From the NCBI GenBank assembly GCA_000004985.1, contig GG738855.1: a stretch of 64,000 nt of DNA. One strand, given 5' to 3'. How positions within the stretch are numbered: position 1 is the first letter of the stretch; each line of letters begins with the position of its first letter. Below are positions 41,706-53,101 of this stretch, one piece after another. The notes under the pieces were generated by a model. It was not told the DNA's origin. It saw only the letters and a list, made by a program, of their open reading frames with translations, and ran no database searches. The stretch is from Naegleria gruberi (taxonomy: Eukaryota). The translations under genes and the position numbers were made by a program.

Positions 41706-44342
41706 ATGCAACGATACCAACAGAGGATGGACAACAGGCAACAACCTTCTAAGGGACAACAACATCGCCGAACTCTGTATGAGGATGATGAGGAAAACAG
41801 TAGTAGTGCTGATGAGGATATTTATGATCGTATTGCCATTTTGGCCAAAGAATATGGAGAGGAATATGAAGATGATGAGGAAGAAGAGAATTCCTCCCTT
41901 ACTATGAGACGAAATTATCCAAAACACAAGAACATACCCGAAGATACTCCAACTTCAGAAACCAATGACCCTTTCTCGGAAGATGATAAAGAAGATTCTG
42001 AAGACCAACAGGAAATTCAAATGAAAGTTCAAACCAGAAAGGCATTAAAAGACTCTAAAAAGTTTCTCCATACCACGACCAGAAAAATGGAAAACAAGAT
42101 GAATATTTCTCATAACCAATCTGTATTATCAAATGCTCTATCAAAAGAAAAGAATGATCTTTATGAAGCAACAATTAATCAAATTACTAGTAAGGATAAT
42201 TGGATTTTGAGTACGAGTTTTGATAAGTGTTTTGAAAAGATTAGGAAACAAGTCATGTCCGATGTTTACAGTAGAGAGAAATCAAAGAACAGACCTATGG
42301 AAACATATTCAAGGAAACCTGTTGTTAGAACATCCCAAACCTCAAAAGGAAAAACAATCGAAAAGAAACCTGTTATACAACTTGTCACCAATTATGATGA
42401 CAAGCCTCTTCCTACAAATAATAGAAGAAATTATGATGATATTCCAATAAGACAACCAAAGCAACAAGAGCAACAGCCAATAGAATCAAAAGAGCCTCCA
42501 AAAAAGAAGCAACAAGAGCAAGCTCCCATTCCAACAACTCAAAAAGACAAGTCGAGAAGACAATCAAAACAAAAACCTATTAGTATTGAGCCATATGAAG
42601 CAACTGAATCGGAATTGAATGCTTTGGAAGGATTTTTTGGAAGTAAGAAGACTTTGAAAATTGTTAGTGTTGGTTCAGTATTTGTAAGGGTACAAAAGTT
42701 TTGGAGAGCCAACAGAAAGTACAACCGAAATAAGGCTGTCCTTGATTTGAGAGAAATGTGGAGAACTACAGTTTTTGAAATGGAACGAGCACAATATGAC
42801 CATTTAGACACCTCAGAGTACAAGAGACAATTGAAATACTTTGCTGCCCAATTCTGTAAGGAAATGCATCCTCAAAAACCTTTTACACCAGGTGGAAAGA
42901 AACCATCTTCAAAAGATAAGCATACCTTCCTACATAGAAAGCAACAGCCTGCATTCCTTAAGAATGTTAACAAGAAGAGGTCCCATTCTAAATCTTCTAC
43001 ACCTGCCACCCCACCTGATACACCAACACAACTAACACCAACAAATATTTCTCCTCCATCAAATGCATTCTCCACCCCCCTTAGATCTCCACCAACAAGA
43101 CCAAAAGAGGAGATTGAATTTACTCCTCCAATAAGCCAATCTCCTCGAAAAGATCCACAACAAAAACGACCTGTAGCTTCTAACGACGAAACACAATTTA
43201 CAACCCCTAAAAAGTCCAACGGTATGAGACGATCCTTATCTAGCAGAGTGTTCAGGTTGGAAACAAGAGCCAACATTGAAAATACTCCCCTCTCTGAACA
43301 AGAGGCCACCCCATTCAAAGAAGGACCAGAGCTTAATTTGACTTCAAATAGTGATTCAACTTCCATTCAACCTCTTCAACAGACCCCAAATAATATGAAA
43401 TCTAGCCCTAGAAATAGCCCAAGGAAGATGACACAAAAGCAAGTCTCCTCCCCAAACACTACCCTCAATCAATCTGAAAATAATACTACCATCATGTCAG
43501 AAGAAAAACAACCAAACAATAGCGTTCTCTCAACCCCAACTAAAAGTGTAACAAATGAAATTTCCCAAAACACATCATTGAATAATATAACAGTTTCCCC
43601 AATATTGAGAAAAGCACCACCACCACCTATTGAGGTAAAATTTTTGAATAGCAATGATAATGAGCAAGAGGATCCATATGAAGAAGACGATGAAATGGAA
43701 GGTTATAATGACAATCATGAAAATGATTATTCTGAACATTCAGACTCATTAATAGAGGATAACCAATTTGATAATGAGGATTCTGAGTTGATTGAAGAAT
43801 TAGAGCAAAGTTCCACACCTGAAAGAAGTACTGAGACAAAAAAGGCGGAAGAAACATCAGCCTCCTTGAATCGAGCAGAAGAGAATACAAACAACAACTC
43901 TAGCTCCCTCAACAATAATATTGAAAGATTCAGTCTTACCTACAGAGAAGAGGAAGTGAAGAAAAAAGCCGAAGCTCTCTACAATAGGACAACTGGAACC
44001 CTTAGCGATTTACTAAGTCCCAGAGGTCGACAATCCACGGAAATTGTTCAACCTGTCCCATCTAAGCAGCCAGAGGAAGACCCAAAACAAAGTGAAGTAA
44101 AGAGTGTGGAAAGAATCCTGGTGGAGGAAACCAATTTGTCCATTTCCTCACATGGAAGTAGTGTAGAAAAGGTACCGAAACCACCTTCCCGAAAGCCACC
44201 ACAACCAACTCTTTCCTTAGAAGAATCTATGGAAAGAGATAGAACAAGATTTGCCGAGTTGGAAAACTTATGTTTTTCAGTAGATGAATCTTCTATTATT
44301 TATCAATTCGATAAGGAGTTTGTGTATAATGGATTACAATAG
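41706..44342 (+). CDS. large low-complexity Ser/Pro/Thr/Lys-rich protein
   Basis: Uninterrupted 878-aa ORF from the ATG at 41706. A possible IQ-like basic-hydrophobic segment (IVSVGSVFVRVQKFWRANRKY). Otherwise disordered composition. Confidence 0.45.
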   Translation: MQRYQQRMDNRQQPSKGQQHRRTLYEDDEENSSSADEDIYDRIAILAKEYGEEYEDDEEEENSSLTMRRNYPKHKNIPEDTPTSETNDPFSEDDKEDSEDQQEIQMKVQTRKALKDSKKFLHTTTRKMENKMNISHNQSVLSNALSKEKNDLYEATINQITSKDNWILSTSFDKCFEKIRKQVMSDVYSREKSKNRPMETYSRKPVVRTSQTSKGKTIEKKPVIQLVTNYDDKPLPTNNRRNYDDIPIRQPKQQEQQPIESKEPPKKKQQEQAPIPTTQKDKSRRQSKQKPISIEPYEATESELNALEGFFGSKKTLKIVSVGSVFVRVQKFWRANRKYNRNKAVLDLREMWRTTVFEMERAQYDHLDTSEYKRQLKYFAAQFCKEMHPQKPFTPGGKKPSSKDKHTFLHRKQQPAFLKNVNKKRSHSKSSTPATPPDTPTQLTPTNISPPSNAFSTPLRSPPTRPKEEIEFTPPISQSPRKDPQQKRPVASNDETQFTTPKKSNGMRRSLSSRVFRLETRANIENTPLSEQEATPFKEGPELNLTSNSDSTSIQPLQQTPNNMKSSPRNSPRKMTQKQVSSPNTTLNQSENNTTIMSEEKQPNNSVLSTPTKSVTNEISQNTSLNNITVSPILRKAPPPPIEVKFLNSNDNEQEDPYEEDDEMEGYNDNHENDYSEHSDSLIEDNQFDNEDSELIEELEQSSTPERSTETKKAEETSASLNRAEENTNNNSSSLNNNIERFSLTYREEEVKKKAEALYNRTTGTLSDLLSPRGRQSTEIVQPVPSKQPEEDPKQSEVKSVERILVEETNLSISSHGSSVEKVPKPPSRKPPQPTLSLEESMERDRTRFAELENLCFSVDESSIIYQFDKEFVYNGLQ

Positions 44343-45178
44343 TTCAACAACTTGTTTCTTCAATTACATTATCTATTTAAACAGATAAACTGCAGAAAAG
44401 ATTATGTGCCTCTTTAATAGCGCGGTTTACAATACAAAACAGAGAACTACAACACCAAAACTTGAAATATCCACCTCAAAAACGAAACTGACTAAAAAAC
44501 ATGGTAATATTTCTGTTTGACTAATTCAAGGTATTTTCCTCCCTTCTTAATTCTCGCATCAACTCATTATGCTTGATTCTCTTTCCATAATTTGAATCGT
44601 ACAATGAGCCATCTAGATTTTCATGATTTGCAATTGATACTCGCTAATGCTGTGCCCAAATGCAAAACCTAGTTGTTCTATTTAACTGACTCATTATTGT
44701 TTTTGAACACGATTTATCATGTAAAGAAACAATGCCGGTTCAATTGTACCCAATCCTCTTCTACAAAGTCAACTCTTTACTCCATCCATCATTGGTATTA
44801 AAAACAAATAACGCCAAAGAGGTAAGTCAATCCCCGATCCAATACAAAACACTCAACGGCCATTCACCAAATAAGAAAATGGTAAGGCATTTTTGATACC
44901 CTCTCAACATTTTCAGAGAGCAAACCTATAGAGTTAGCATGAATATCACAAAACATTCTCTCCCAATACAACACATCAAAAAAAACAAAATTCATTACGA
45001 CGATTGTTGCTGCTTCTTTGCTGAGATACGTTCACTAGTCTGTACCTGTATTTCTGCTGCGCGCTCACCACCTTGTAATACTGCTCAACCAAATTTTGCG
45101 TCATACATATTTCATTACTACTAGTGCCAAATATCAGATAATTCAAATATCATTATCCAAGTCCTCCATATATTGAAA

Positions 45179-48100
45179 ATGGTGCGTCAGATAAATAACT
45201 CTAAAGTATATACCAGCAATGATTCCTCCTCCTCTTCATTGTCGTCGTCATCATCATCTCTAAAGAAACTGCTCATTGCAATGTTTCAAATCCTTCTAGT
45301 ACTCTTTCTCATCACACAACACGAAGAAGTGAAAGGACAAATCTTTCCTCTGGTTGCCGAATCATCAATTTATAAGAATGCCATTATTATGCCTCCTCCT
45401 ACATCAAAGTTTGAACCTAAATTTGCTTTACAATGGGAAGAAATAACAAGTGCTTCAACAATTTCCACCAATTATTTAAATTTCCACTCCCAGTGTGCTC
45501 TAGGTACTGATAAAATTGTAAAAACATCAGATATTGACAATATCAATAATAATTTAAATAATGGGTTAAAGGTAATCAAATGGAAATTAACAGTTGGTGT
45601 GGGTAGCAATTTTCATAATGCATTGTTCGGATTTTCTGATGGTTCTGCAAATGGTTGGACTAAAATGAAGAATGTCATGTCAAACAATGCTGCCTATTCC
45701 TCTACAGTTAATGGTAAATGGAGTACTAGCAGTTCAACTACCAGTTTCAAGACAAATTTCTATTCCTCTCTTGTTTATCCACCACAGGTTTATAGATTTG
45801 ATAAGGGAGAAGTTAATACTAGACCAAATTTACAAGGATATGCTTCAATGTCATCACTCAACATGACTTTCTATGACATGTTCTCAGGATCAAAACTCTT
45901 GTATAACAATCAAGCTTTCCTATCTAGTAATAGTAAGAATGCGTTGCCATTAGTAATTTCGGGAGATCTTATTGATGCTATGTATAATTCTGATCCAAGT
46001 AATGCGACCATTGCTAAAATAGCTTCTATTCGTGAAGGTTTTAGAAATGAAGATGACCTTTCCTATCTATATGGACCTGATGGTACTAGTTCTATTGGTG
46101 GTTTTTTAAGAAGTCGTTCTCAATCTAATTGGACAGATATGTCTTCTACACCTTCTGATTTTGTTGTTCTATCCAGTTATGAGAATTATGTTTATGGTAC
46201 TGACTTTTATTTCACAACCACTAATTGCTTTAATGATTTGGTCAATAGCAATTCAACAAGTGGAAATGAATTATACTTTTTCGTTTCCCTTTTCAATTAT
46301 TACACACTTCTTAGTAGCAAGTTTAGTTCTAGAATTGACAATTCCTACAATAACAATGTCTTGAAGATGTTCCTTGCTTTTAACATGACACAATTATTGA
46401 CTACTCCAAATGGAAACAAAATGTTTCCAACCATGATGCAAAGTTCATCATCTGCTACTACTCCTTCATTCAAGGATTCTACAGCAAGATATTTCATTTC
46501 AGAATTCCATTACAATACTCTTACTACTTATCAACAATTGAGATATTTGAGAACTACTCACGTTTTCTTCTATGGTTTGATTATTATGACCATTCTCTTC
46601 ATGTTTAGAAAGCAACAACCTGTCAAGTCCAGATTTATGATCAACGCTTCTGTATGTGGTGTTGCTATTTTCTATGGTCTCTTTGGTATTATCATGGCTG
46701 CTGCAGTTCCAGATTATGACGGTATTGTAAGTGCTGCTGAAGTTTTATTCTACTTGGTCTTGGGTTTCTTATACGTCTTGTCTGCTGTTAGATATTTCTT
46801 CTCCAGAAATTTGTATAGAACTATGAGAATTAACTTCTCAAAGGAAAAGAAAAAGAAGGAAAAGAAAGATTCTGATACTTTTGAAGAAAAGCAATTGAAA
46901 TTGCTTAGATTGTTGGCTAATTTGGCTTCATGGAAAGTTTTCCTTGTTGGTGTTATTGCAGTAGTAGTTTTAATTGCTGGTCTTTCCATTTTCATTTTGG
47001 TTTCTATTTTGACTGGTGCTGCTGATAATTTCACTGTTTCAATTTCACAAGTCGCTACCTATGTCAAGTTGGCTGGTTTGTTGGGCTTGGTCTTTCCTAC
47101 TGCTATTATTTCTATCATTCTTGATGCTAGTATCAATTTTAAGAGAATCTTCAGAAAGGGTGGTCTTAAATGGTATCTCATTCAAGATGACCCTCTCTTA
47201 TTTAGAGCCGAATTTGCTGTCTTTATACCAACTGTTTGTTTGGGTGTTTTACTCTTTGGATTGGATCAATTTTACAATGGTTTACCTTGGTGGGATTTGG
47301 AGCAAAAAGCTGCCACTTATCTTGGTCACGGTTTAGTCTATACTGTATTTGAAGTTTCACTTCTCTTGTTAGGTTGTGGTGGTTTCATTGTCATTGTCCA
47401 AACAATTCAAACAGTTCGTATCGCCATCCGTAGAGGTTCACTTTTTGATAAGTCTGATACCGATGTCAGTAAATCCAAATCAGGAGGATTAGGTCTTGGT
47501 GAGAAGACTGAATTTGAACTCTTTATGGAAAGTGTTGAAGCAAGAGCCGTCTTGAAACAATATTGTGAAAGCGAATTTTCATTGGAAAATTACTTGCTTT
47601 TCGAATTGGTAGAAGATTTGCACAAACTTGTGCTCATTGAACAGACTCAAGGTGTTTTACAGGAACCTGTCGCCAAACCAAAACCAAAGCAATTATTAAC
47701 TGTTCAACATTCAAATTCTTTCAGAATGAGTGGTGATTTCAATGGGGCATCTCCTTCTGGTCTTCAACCTAACACTACCACAAATAGTGGAGCTCCAACA
47801 ACTATTACCCCAAATGGATTGTTAAATCCAGCTGATAACACTTCAATGACTACATCATTTACTTCATCTGGTTCAGAGGTTGTCTTTTTGAATAATGAAG
47901 ATCCAACTTCACCAACCAGTCCATCGACAATTTCAGAGCCATACTCTCCTTCTAAATTATCAACAAACGGACCAAACAAGGAAAAGGATAAGAATAAGGG
48001 ACCAGGTGATGTAACCCTCCAAATTGATAGAATGATTGTCAAGATTTTAAAGACATACTTGAGTGAAAACTCTGTTTTGGAAGTCAACTTACCAAACACA

Positions 48101-48382
48101 ACTCGTAAACAAGTTTTACATGCCTTCCGTAAACGTGTCTATCCAGATGACATGTCTAAGACAGGAAGTGCTTCTGGCTCAAAGAATTTTGATAAATCAC
48201 CAAGATCTCAAAGACCAGATACAGACAAGAAACCAGAATCAATTGACGTTGAAATTTTGGCAATTTTGAAACAAGATGTATGGTTGAATTTGAAAGATAC
48301 TTTTGGTAGATTGCAATTGACAAACGAATATCAATTGTTAAAGAAGAAACAAGCTTTGGAAAAGGAATTGAACGTTGTATAA
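45179..48382 (+). CDS. signal peptide + ~420-aa ectodomain + 7 TM helices + cytoplasmic RGS domain (7TM-RGS receptor-like protein)
   Basis: First ATG at 45179. Hydrophobic LLIAMFQILLVLFLI. Seven helices between FFYGLIIMTILFMF and GGFIVIVQTI. RGS box FELFMESVEARAVLKQYCESEFSLENYLLFELVEDLHKL...VLEVNLPNTTRKQVLHAF. C-terminal LKDTFGRLQLTNEY is shared with the paralog at 54818..57847. Confidence 0.65.
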   Translation: MVRQINNSKVYTSNDSSSSSLSSSSSSLKKLLIAMFQILLVLFLITQHEEVKGQIFPLVAESSIYKNAIIMPPPTSKFEPKFALQWEEITSASTISTNYLNFHSQCALGTDKIVKTSDIDNINNNLNNGLKVIKWKLTVGVGSNFHNALFGFSDGSANGWTKMKNVMSNNAAYSSTVNGKWSTSSSTTSFKTNFYSSLVYPPQVYRFDKGEVNTRPNLQGYASMSSLNMTFYDMFSGSKLLYNNQAFLSSNSKNALPLVISGDLIDAMYNSDPSNATIAKIASIREGFRNEDDLSYLYGPDGTSSIGGFLRSRSQSNWTDMSSTPSDFVVLSSYENYVYGTDFYFTTTNCFNDLVNSNSTSGNELYFFVSLFNYYTLLSSKFSSRIDNSYNNNVLKMFLAFNMTQLLTTPNGNKMFPTMMQSSSSATTPSFKDSTARYFISEFHYNTLTTYQQLRYLRTTHVFFYGLIIMTILFMFRKQQPVKSRFMINASVCGVAIFYGLFGIIMAAAVPDYDGIVSAAEVLFYLVLGFLYVLSAVRYFFSRNLYRTMRINFSKEKKKKEKKDSDTFEEKQLKLLRLLANLASWKVFLVGVIAVVVLIAGLSIFILVSILTGAADNFTVSISQVATYVKLAGLLGLVFPTAIISIILDASINFKRIFRKGGLKWYLIQDDPLLFRAEFAVFIPTVCLGVLLFGLDQFYNGLPWWDLEQKAATYLGHGLVYTVFEVSLLLLGCGGFIVIVQTIQTVRIAIRRGSLFDKSDTDVSKSKSGGLGLGEKTEFELFMESVEARAVLKQYCESEFSLENYLLFELVEDLHKLVLIEQTQGVLQEPVAKPKPKQLLTVQHSNSFRMSGDFNGASPSGLQPNTTTNSGAPTTITPNGLLNPADNTSMTTSFTSSGSEVVFLNNEDPTSPTSPSTISEPYSPSKLSTNGPNKEKDKNKGPGDVTLQIDRMIVKILKTYLSENSVLEVNLPNTTRKQVLHAFRKRVYPDDMSKTGSASGSKNFDKSPRSQRPDTDKKPESIDVEILAILKQDVWLNLKDTFGRLQLTNEYQLLKKKQALEKELNVV

Positions 48383-48510
48383 TTTTTTGCAAATTTCATA
48401 AAGTTTCATTTTGTTAAATTTGTGTCTTAATAGTAATTAATGAAACGAATTTGGCAATTAAATAATAAATTTATTTTCAAATTACCAATTTTAAGAAATC
48501 TTTTAAAAAA

Positions 48511-49825
48511 TTATTTACAAGAATTCTTAATATAAGGTCCAGAATATTCAATAGTTGGTTGTCTCAACATTTGAGAAGTGGATCCAACAACATATAAATA
48601 ATATTCAATAAAACATTGAATCATGCTCAATGCACCACAATCCAATGGATCAACCTTGATTGAAATTTCATATTGAACTGGTCCCATACTCAATTGATCC
48701 TTTGTAACAAGGAATTGAACCCAAGGAGTGAAAGAAATTGATTTACCAGTCTCTGCAACAATATGCTTGGTCTTTTTCTCTCTAACTTGCAAGATGAAAT
48801 TCTTGGCATAGATGGCAGGAGAGGCCAAAATTGTGACATATTGAGGTTCAGCAACATTGACAGTATAAACATCAGCTTGCAATGAACCAATACTAGCAAC
48901 CATGAAACTAGTATCCAATTTACCAGCAGCAGATAATTCCATAGCTCTTGACTTGGAATAATCTTCAAAAAGTGGCCATTGAACAGTTGTTTTAGAATCC
49001 CAAGCAACTTTGAGTGAAGTTTGAATATTACCCTTGGAATCAACATAATCTCCATTATCATTCTTTTGATAATTATGAATACCCATCATACCAAGAGGAC
49101 CCAAAGGACCTAATGGACCCAAAGGACTGTAATTGTACAATTATAATTATATTGTAAAAATTTCAATATAGTTACAATATCAACTTACCCCAAAGGACCC
49201 AAAACAGACCAAACACCCAAACCTTGCATGTGCTTGGTAAGATCATTAATCAAAGGCATTACCTTATAGTAAGCATCACCCAAAGGTCCAGCATTTGAAA
49301 GTGGATTTTGAACATTGTCAGTCATTAAAAATTTAAAACTATCCAAACTTGAACTACCCATGATTTGTTTAGTAAAATCTTGCATAATTTTAACAACACC
49401 GTTAGGACTAGGAATCTCGTGTGAAAGTGGTCCCAAAGAAGCCAATGGTCTATCAAAATTAATTTTAAATTTAATTTTTAAAAATGGTCAATTCACACAC
49501 ATTTCAATAATTTAATTCCACCCGATTGTAATCCACAAAGATAAACTTACCCAGATGCACCCAAAGGACCAGCCCATCCCAAACAACTCATAGCATTAAT
49601 ATATAAATCACATGTTCCAGTAGGTCCTGGACAAACCTTTGGTGCAGGTGAAACAAAACTTCCATAAAAAGTTCCAGAAAGTGAGGCAATAGAATCGGAA
49701 GAAGTGTAACGGTAACATGTTTTAGATGCGGACAAGGGGTTTCTTGATCTTGCTTGATGACTTGGAAGTGTCAAGCAAGCTATCAATAAGAAAACTGCTA
49801 AAATGTAGACAGTGGCAGTTGACAT
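48511..49825 (-). CDS. secreted protein with PLG/GPLG repeats and a ~190-aa C-terminal globular domain; 3 exons (49825..49551, 49449..49189, 49126..48511)
   Basis: Signal peptide MSTATVYILAVFLLIACLTLPS. Exon 1 ends ...WAGPLGASG|G and exon 2 ends ...SVLGPLG|G; both use GTAAGT donors and phase-2 introns that split Gly codons. Exon 3 starts PLGPLGPLGPLGMMGIH. The reading frame is maintained across both junctions. Confidence 0.55.
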
Positions 49826-50096
49826 TTTTTTTTAAGATGATGTTTCAGGTTTGACATGAAGTAGCCACCTTCATTTGGAGCGATTTCCATTACAGAAATT
49901 GGTTTTTTCGCGTTTTTTCAAAGTGTGTCACCAACAACAAAGCGAATAACCCTTTCGAACAGTAAATACGAATCATTCTGTTGTAAAGTGAATTTGATTC
50001 CTCTGATGTGCACTCTCAACTGTTACCCCTGTTGTATCGAATATTAATATTGGACTATACATATTGTTTAATTATTTGTAAAGGAGTATTAAAAAA

Positions 50097-53050
50097 ATGC
50101 GAAATCTTCTCTTCATTCCATTAGCATCAAAACAAGGCACAGTTAGTGATAGTGATCAGAAGAACAATGAATTCATCATTCAATCATGTGAATGGTCGCT
50201 CTCCCTTGTAAATTATCGGAACGGAAGAGATTTGATGAAAAATCATATTGATCAAGAATTAATTCCCGAATTTACAAATGATGAAACTCTTGAGGTAAGC
50301 TTAATAAAATTTAAGTATATATGTAATGATGGTTGTATGGTGATGATGATGATGGTGGTTAGAAAAGTCAATATGAAAATATTAAATTTAATCATGATGG
50401 AATTTCAAATACGGTTCATATGATTTTGTATGATGATCATCATAACCATGATGTTGATCATCGGATTGGAAATCCATATTATAGATTTGAAGAGTTGAAA
50501 CAATTGTGGATTGGAAATTCCGATTGGAAGATGGAATGTAAGATTAAAGTAAATAGTAAGAATCAGAGAGCAATGTTTTTGGTATTTGAAGGTGTGGACA
50601 CAGTCGCAGATATCAAGATAAAAAGAAATGATAATGGACAAGTAGTTGTATTGGAAAAACAGGTAGATAATATGTTTCAATACTATGCATTGGATGTTTC
50701 TAAATGCTTGAGTGGATGTGATGAGTTTTCCATTGAGGTTTTATTGAAATCAGCTCTACAGGAATGCAGGGAACGATTGCAAAGACATTATGAAGAGGAA
50801 CAGTATGAAATTCCTTGCCCTTCCTACACTCGAGATTTCCACACAAGAGGAAGGAATTTTCTGAGAAAGGAGGGATGTTCATTTGGATGGGATTGGGCTC
50901 CTTGTTTTGCCACTTCTGGCCTTCACAGACCTTGTTACTTGGTTGTTTCATCCAATGAAGTGGAATATTCCTCTTTCATTAAGGATGTGGCTGTATTTCA
51001 GAGGGATTTTAAATTTAATAGAGTTGGATCTGTGACTTGTGAATCTCTGAATGCAAATGTAAAAGTTTACTTGCACGGAAATTATTTGAATTATCAGGAT
51101 TTGAGAAAGGATATCAATTCCATTCAATGGAAATTGCATAAGGAAGGTTTCGAATTAACTAATACAGTAACTGAATGGATGATTTCAAAAGATGAAGAGT
51201 TGGAAAATACTTTTATTATAACCTTTGCAATTGAATCTTTGAAAGATGTTGAATTGTGGTATCCTAATGGTTATGGATCTCAAGCACTGTACAATTTTGA
51301 AATAATAATTGATGGACCAAATGCTCAATCCAAATCCACCAATCTCGGATTTAGAAAAGTAGAGTTGGATACTTCTAAAGATGAATTTGGAGAGAAATTC
51401 CAATTCAAAGTAAATGAAATTCCCATCTATGCCAAGGGAAGTAACTGGATTCCTACCGACTGTTTCTCTTCACGTTCCATGAAAGGAAAAGATCACCTGG
51501 AATTCCTCTTGAAGAGTGCACACGATTGCCACATGAATTGTATGAGAGTTTGGGGAGGTGGTCAATATGAATCAGAGCATTTCTATAACTTGTGCGATAA
51601 GTATGGTATTCTGTTGTGGCATGACTTGATGTTTGCATGTTCTCTGTATCCATCTTCTCCTGAGTTTCTGGAGACTTGTCGTGTAGAGGCAGTTCAACAA
51701 TTGAGAAGATTACAGCATCATCCATGCATTGCTCTGTATGCAGGAAATAACGAGAATGAGGAAGCTCTCCTTTCTTGGCCAGAATGTATTGAATCTCCTC
51801 ACAAACAACGACTCTTTGTCGATTATCATAAGCTCTATTATGATACTCTGCATAGAGTAGTATCGAAGGAGGATAACTCGAGACCTTATTGGCCTAGCAG
51901 CCCATCGAATGGTATCATGAAGTATGGCAATCCTCAAGATCTCACTAGAGGTGACGCTCATTATTGGAGGGTGTGGCACGGAGGAAAATCATTTGATAAT
52001 TATCTCACTGTAACTCCAAGATTTAGTTCAGAATTTGGATTTCAATCATTGCCAAGTTATGAATCTTTAATTCCATTCATTAATGATCCCAACTCGCTAG
52101 ATCAATCACAAGATGCTAACATCTCCTCTCCAGTGATGGAATTCAGACAGAGAAGCTATATGGTAGGAAATAAGTGTATTTTGGAACATGTATCTAGAGA
52201 ATTTAGATTCCCAAAGAGCTTCAAAGAACTGGTGTACATTTCTCAAATCTTACAAGGTCTCTCTATCAAGACAGCATGTGAACACTGGAGAAGACAAAGC
52301 AAGATTTGTTCTGGTGTCTTGTATTGGCAATTGAATGATGCTTGGGTTGGAAACTCTTGGTCAAGTTTGGAGTGGAACGGAAAGTGGAAACTTTTACAAT
52401 ATTATGCAAGAGATTTTCTAGCACCTTCACTATTGTCTTGTGTGGAAAATAAGGAGAATGCTTGTCTGGATATTTGGTTCACTACAGATTCATTACAATC
52501 CCTGAAATTGAGCAAGTTAACAATTGAATTGATTTCCTTTGGGAATGGTACACAATTACTCAAAAAGGTAATTGATATTGAGAAGCAAGTTGCAGAAGCA
52601 TCTAGCCAAATAATTTATTCGCTAGACATTAAGGAAGTTGAAAAGAGTAGAACTAAAGGATTTTTGAAATTCAAATTGGATGTAACAGGTCAAGAATCAA
52701 TTGCCAATTACCATTTCCTGACAGAGTTGAAAAAGGCCACTCTCAACTATAGTCCTGTGCGTGTTGCATCTCTTGTGGAGGACGATACCAATACCTTTCT
52801 GGAAATGGAATTGGAATGTGGATCTACTGCACCATCGTTATTTACCTACATTGTTATTGAGAATGACAGTCAAGATACCACCTCTAAAACCTCTCTCGAA
52901 TTTGATTTGGATCATTTGAGTGATAATGGTTTCCATCTTATGCCAGGAGAAGTGAAGAAGATTACCATTCACAAGAGACCTAGTTGGAGAGGCACCTCGT
53001 CTCAATACGCACCACTCATTCATATTATGAATTTGAGAGATAGTTATTAA
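50097..53050 (+). CDS. beta-mannosidase (glycoside hydrolase family 2), with at least one intron near the 5' end (exon 1 ~50097..50294; exon 2 from ~50363)
   Basis: RIGNPYYRFEELKQLWIGNSDWKME parallels human MANBA [38 protein letters not shown] resembles the GH2 sugar-binding domain. Catalytic-region motifs follow (WHDLMFA, YAGNNENE, SEFGFQS). Donor GTAAGC at 50295. The acceptor choice is uncertain (ttag at 50362 keeps the frame through NTVHMILYDD). Confidence 0.75.
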
Positions 53051-53101
53051 CAGACTGTCATGTATGTACATTACAAATAAATTTAAATGAATAAATTAAA
53101 T

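Noticed and set aside
42872-43366. 164-aa Gly-rich minus-strand ORF
   Set aside because: Antisense to the Ser/Pro-rich codons of the 41706..44342 gene; Gly-rich runs are the complement of Pro codons.
48511-49825. True collagen triple-helix / C1q domain for the GPLG protein
   Set aside because: G-X-Y periodicity is broken (GPLGASGGPLASLGPLS) and I cannot recognise C1q signature residues by eye. I kept only the collagen-like exon-phase observation.
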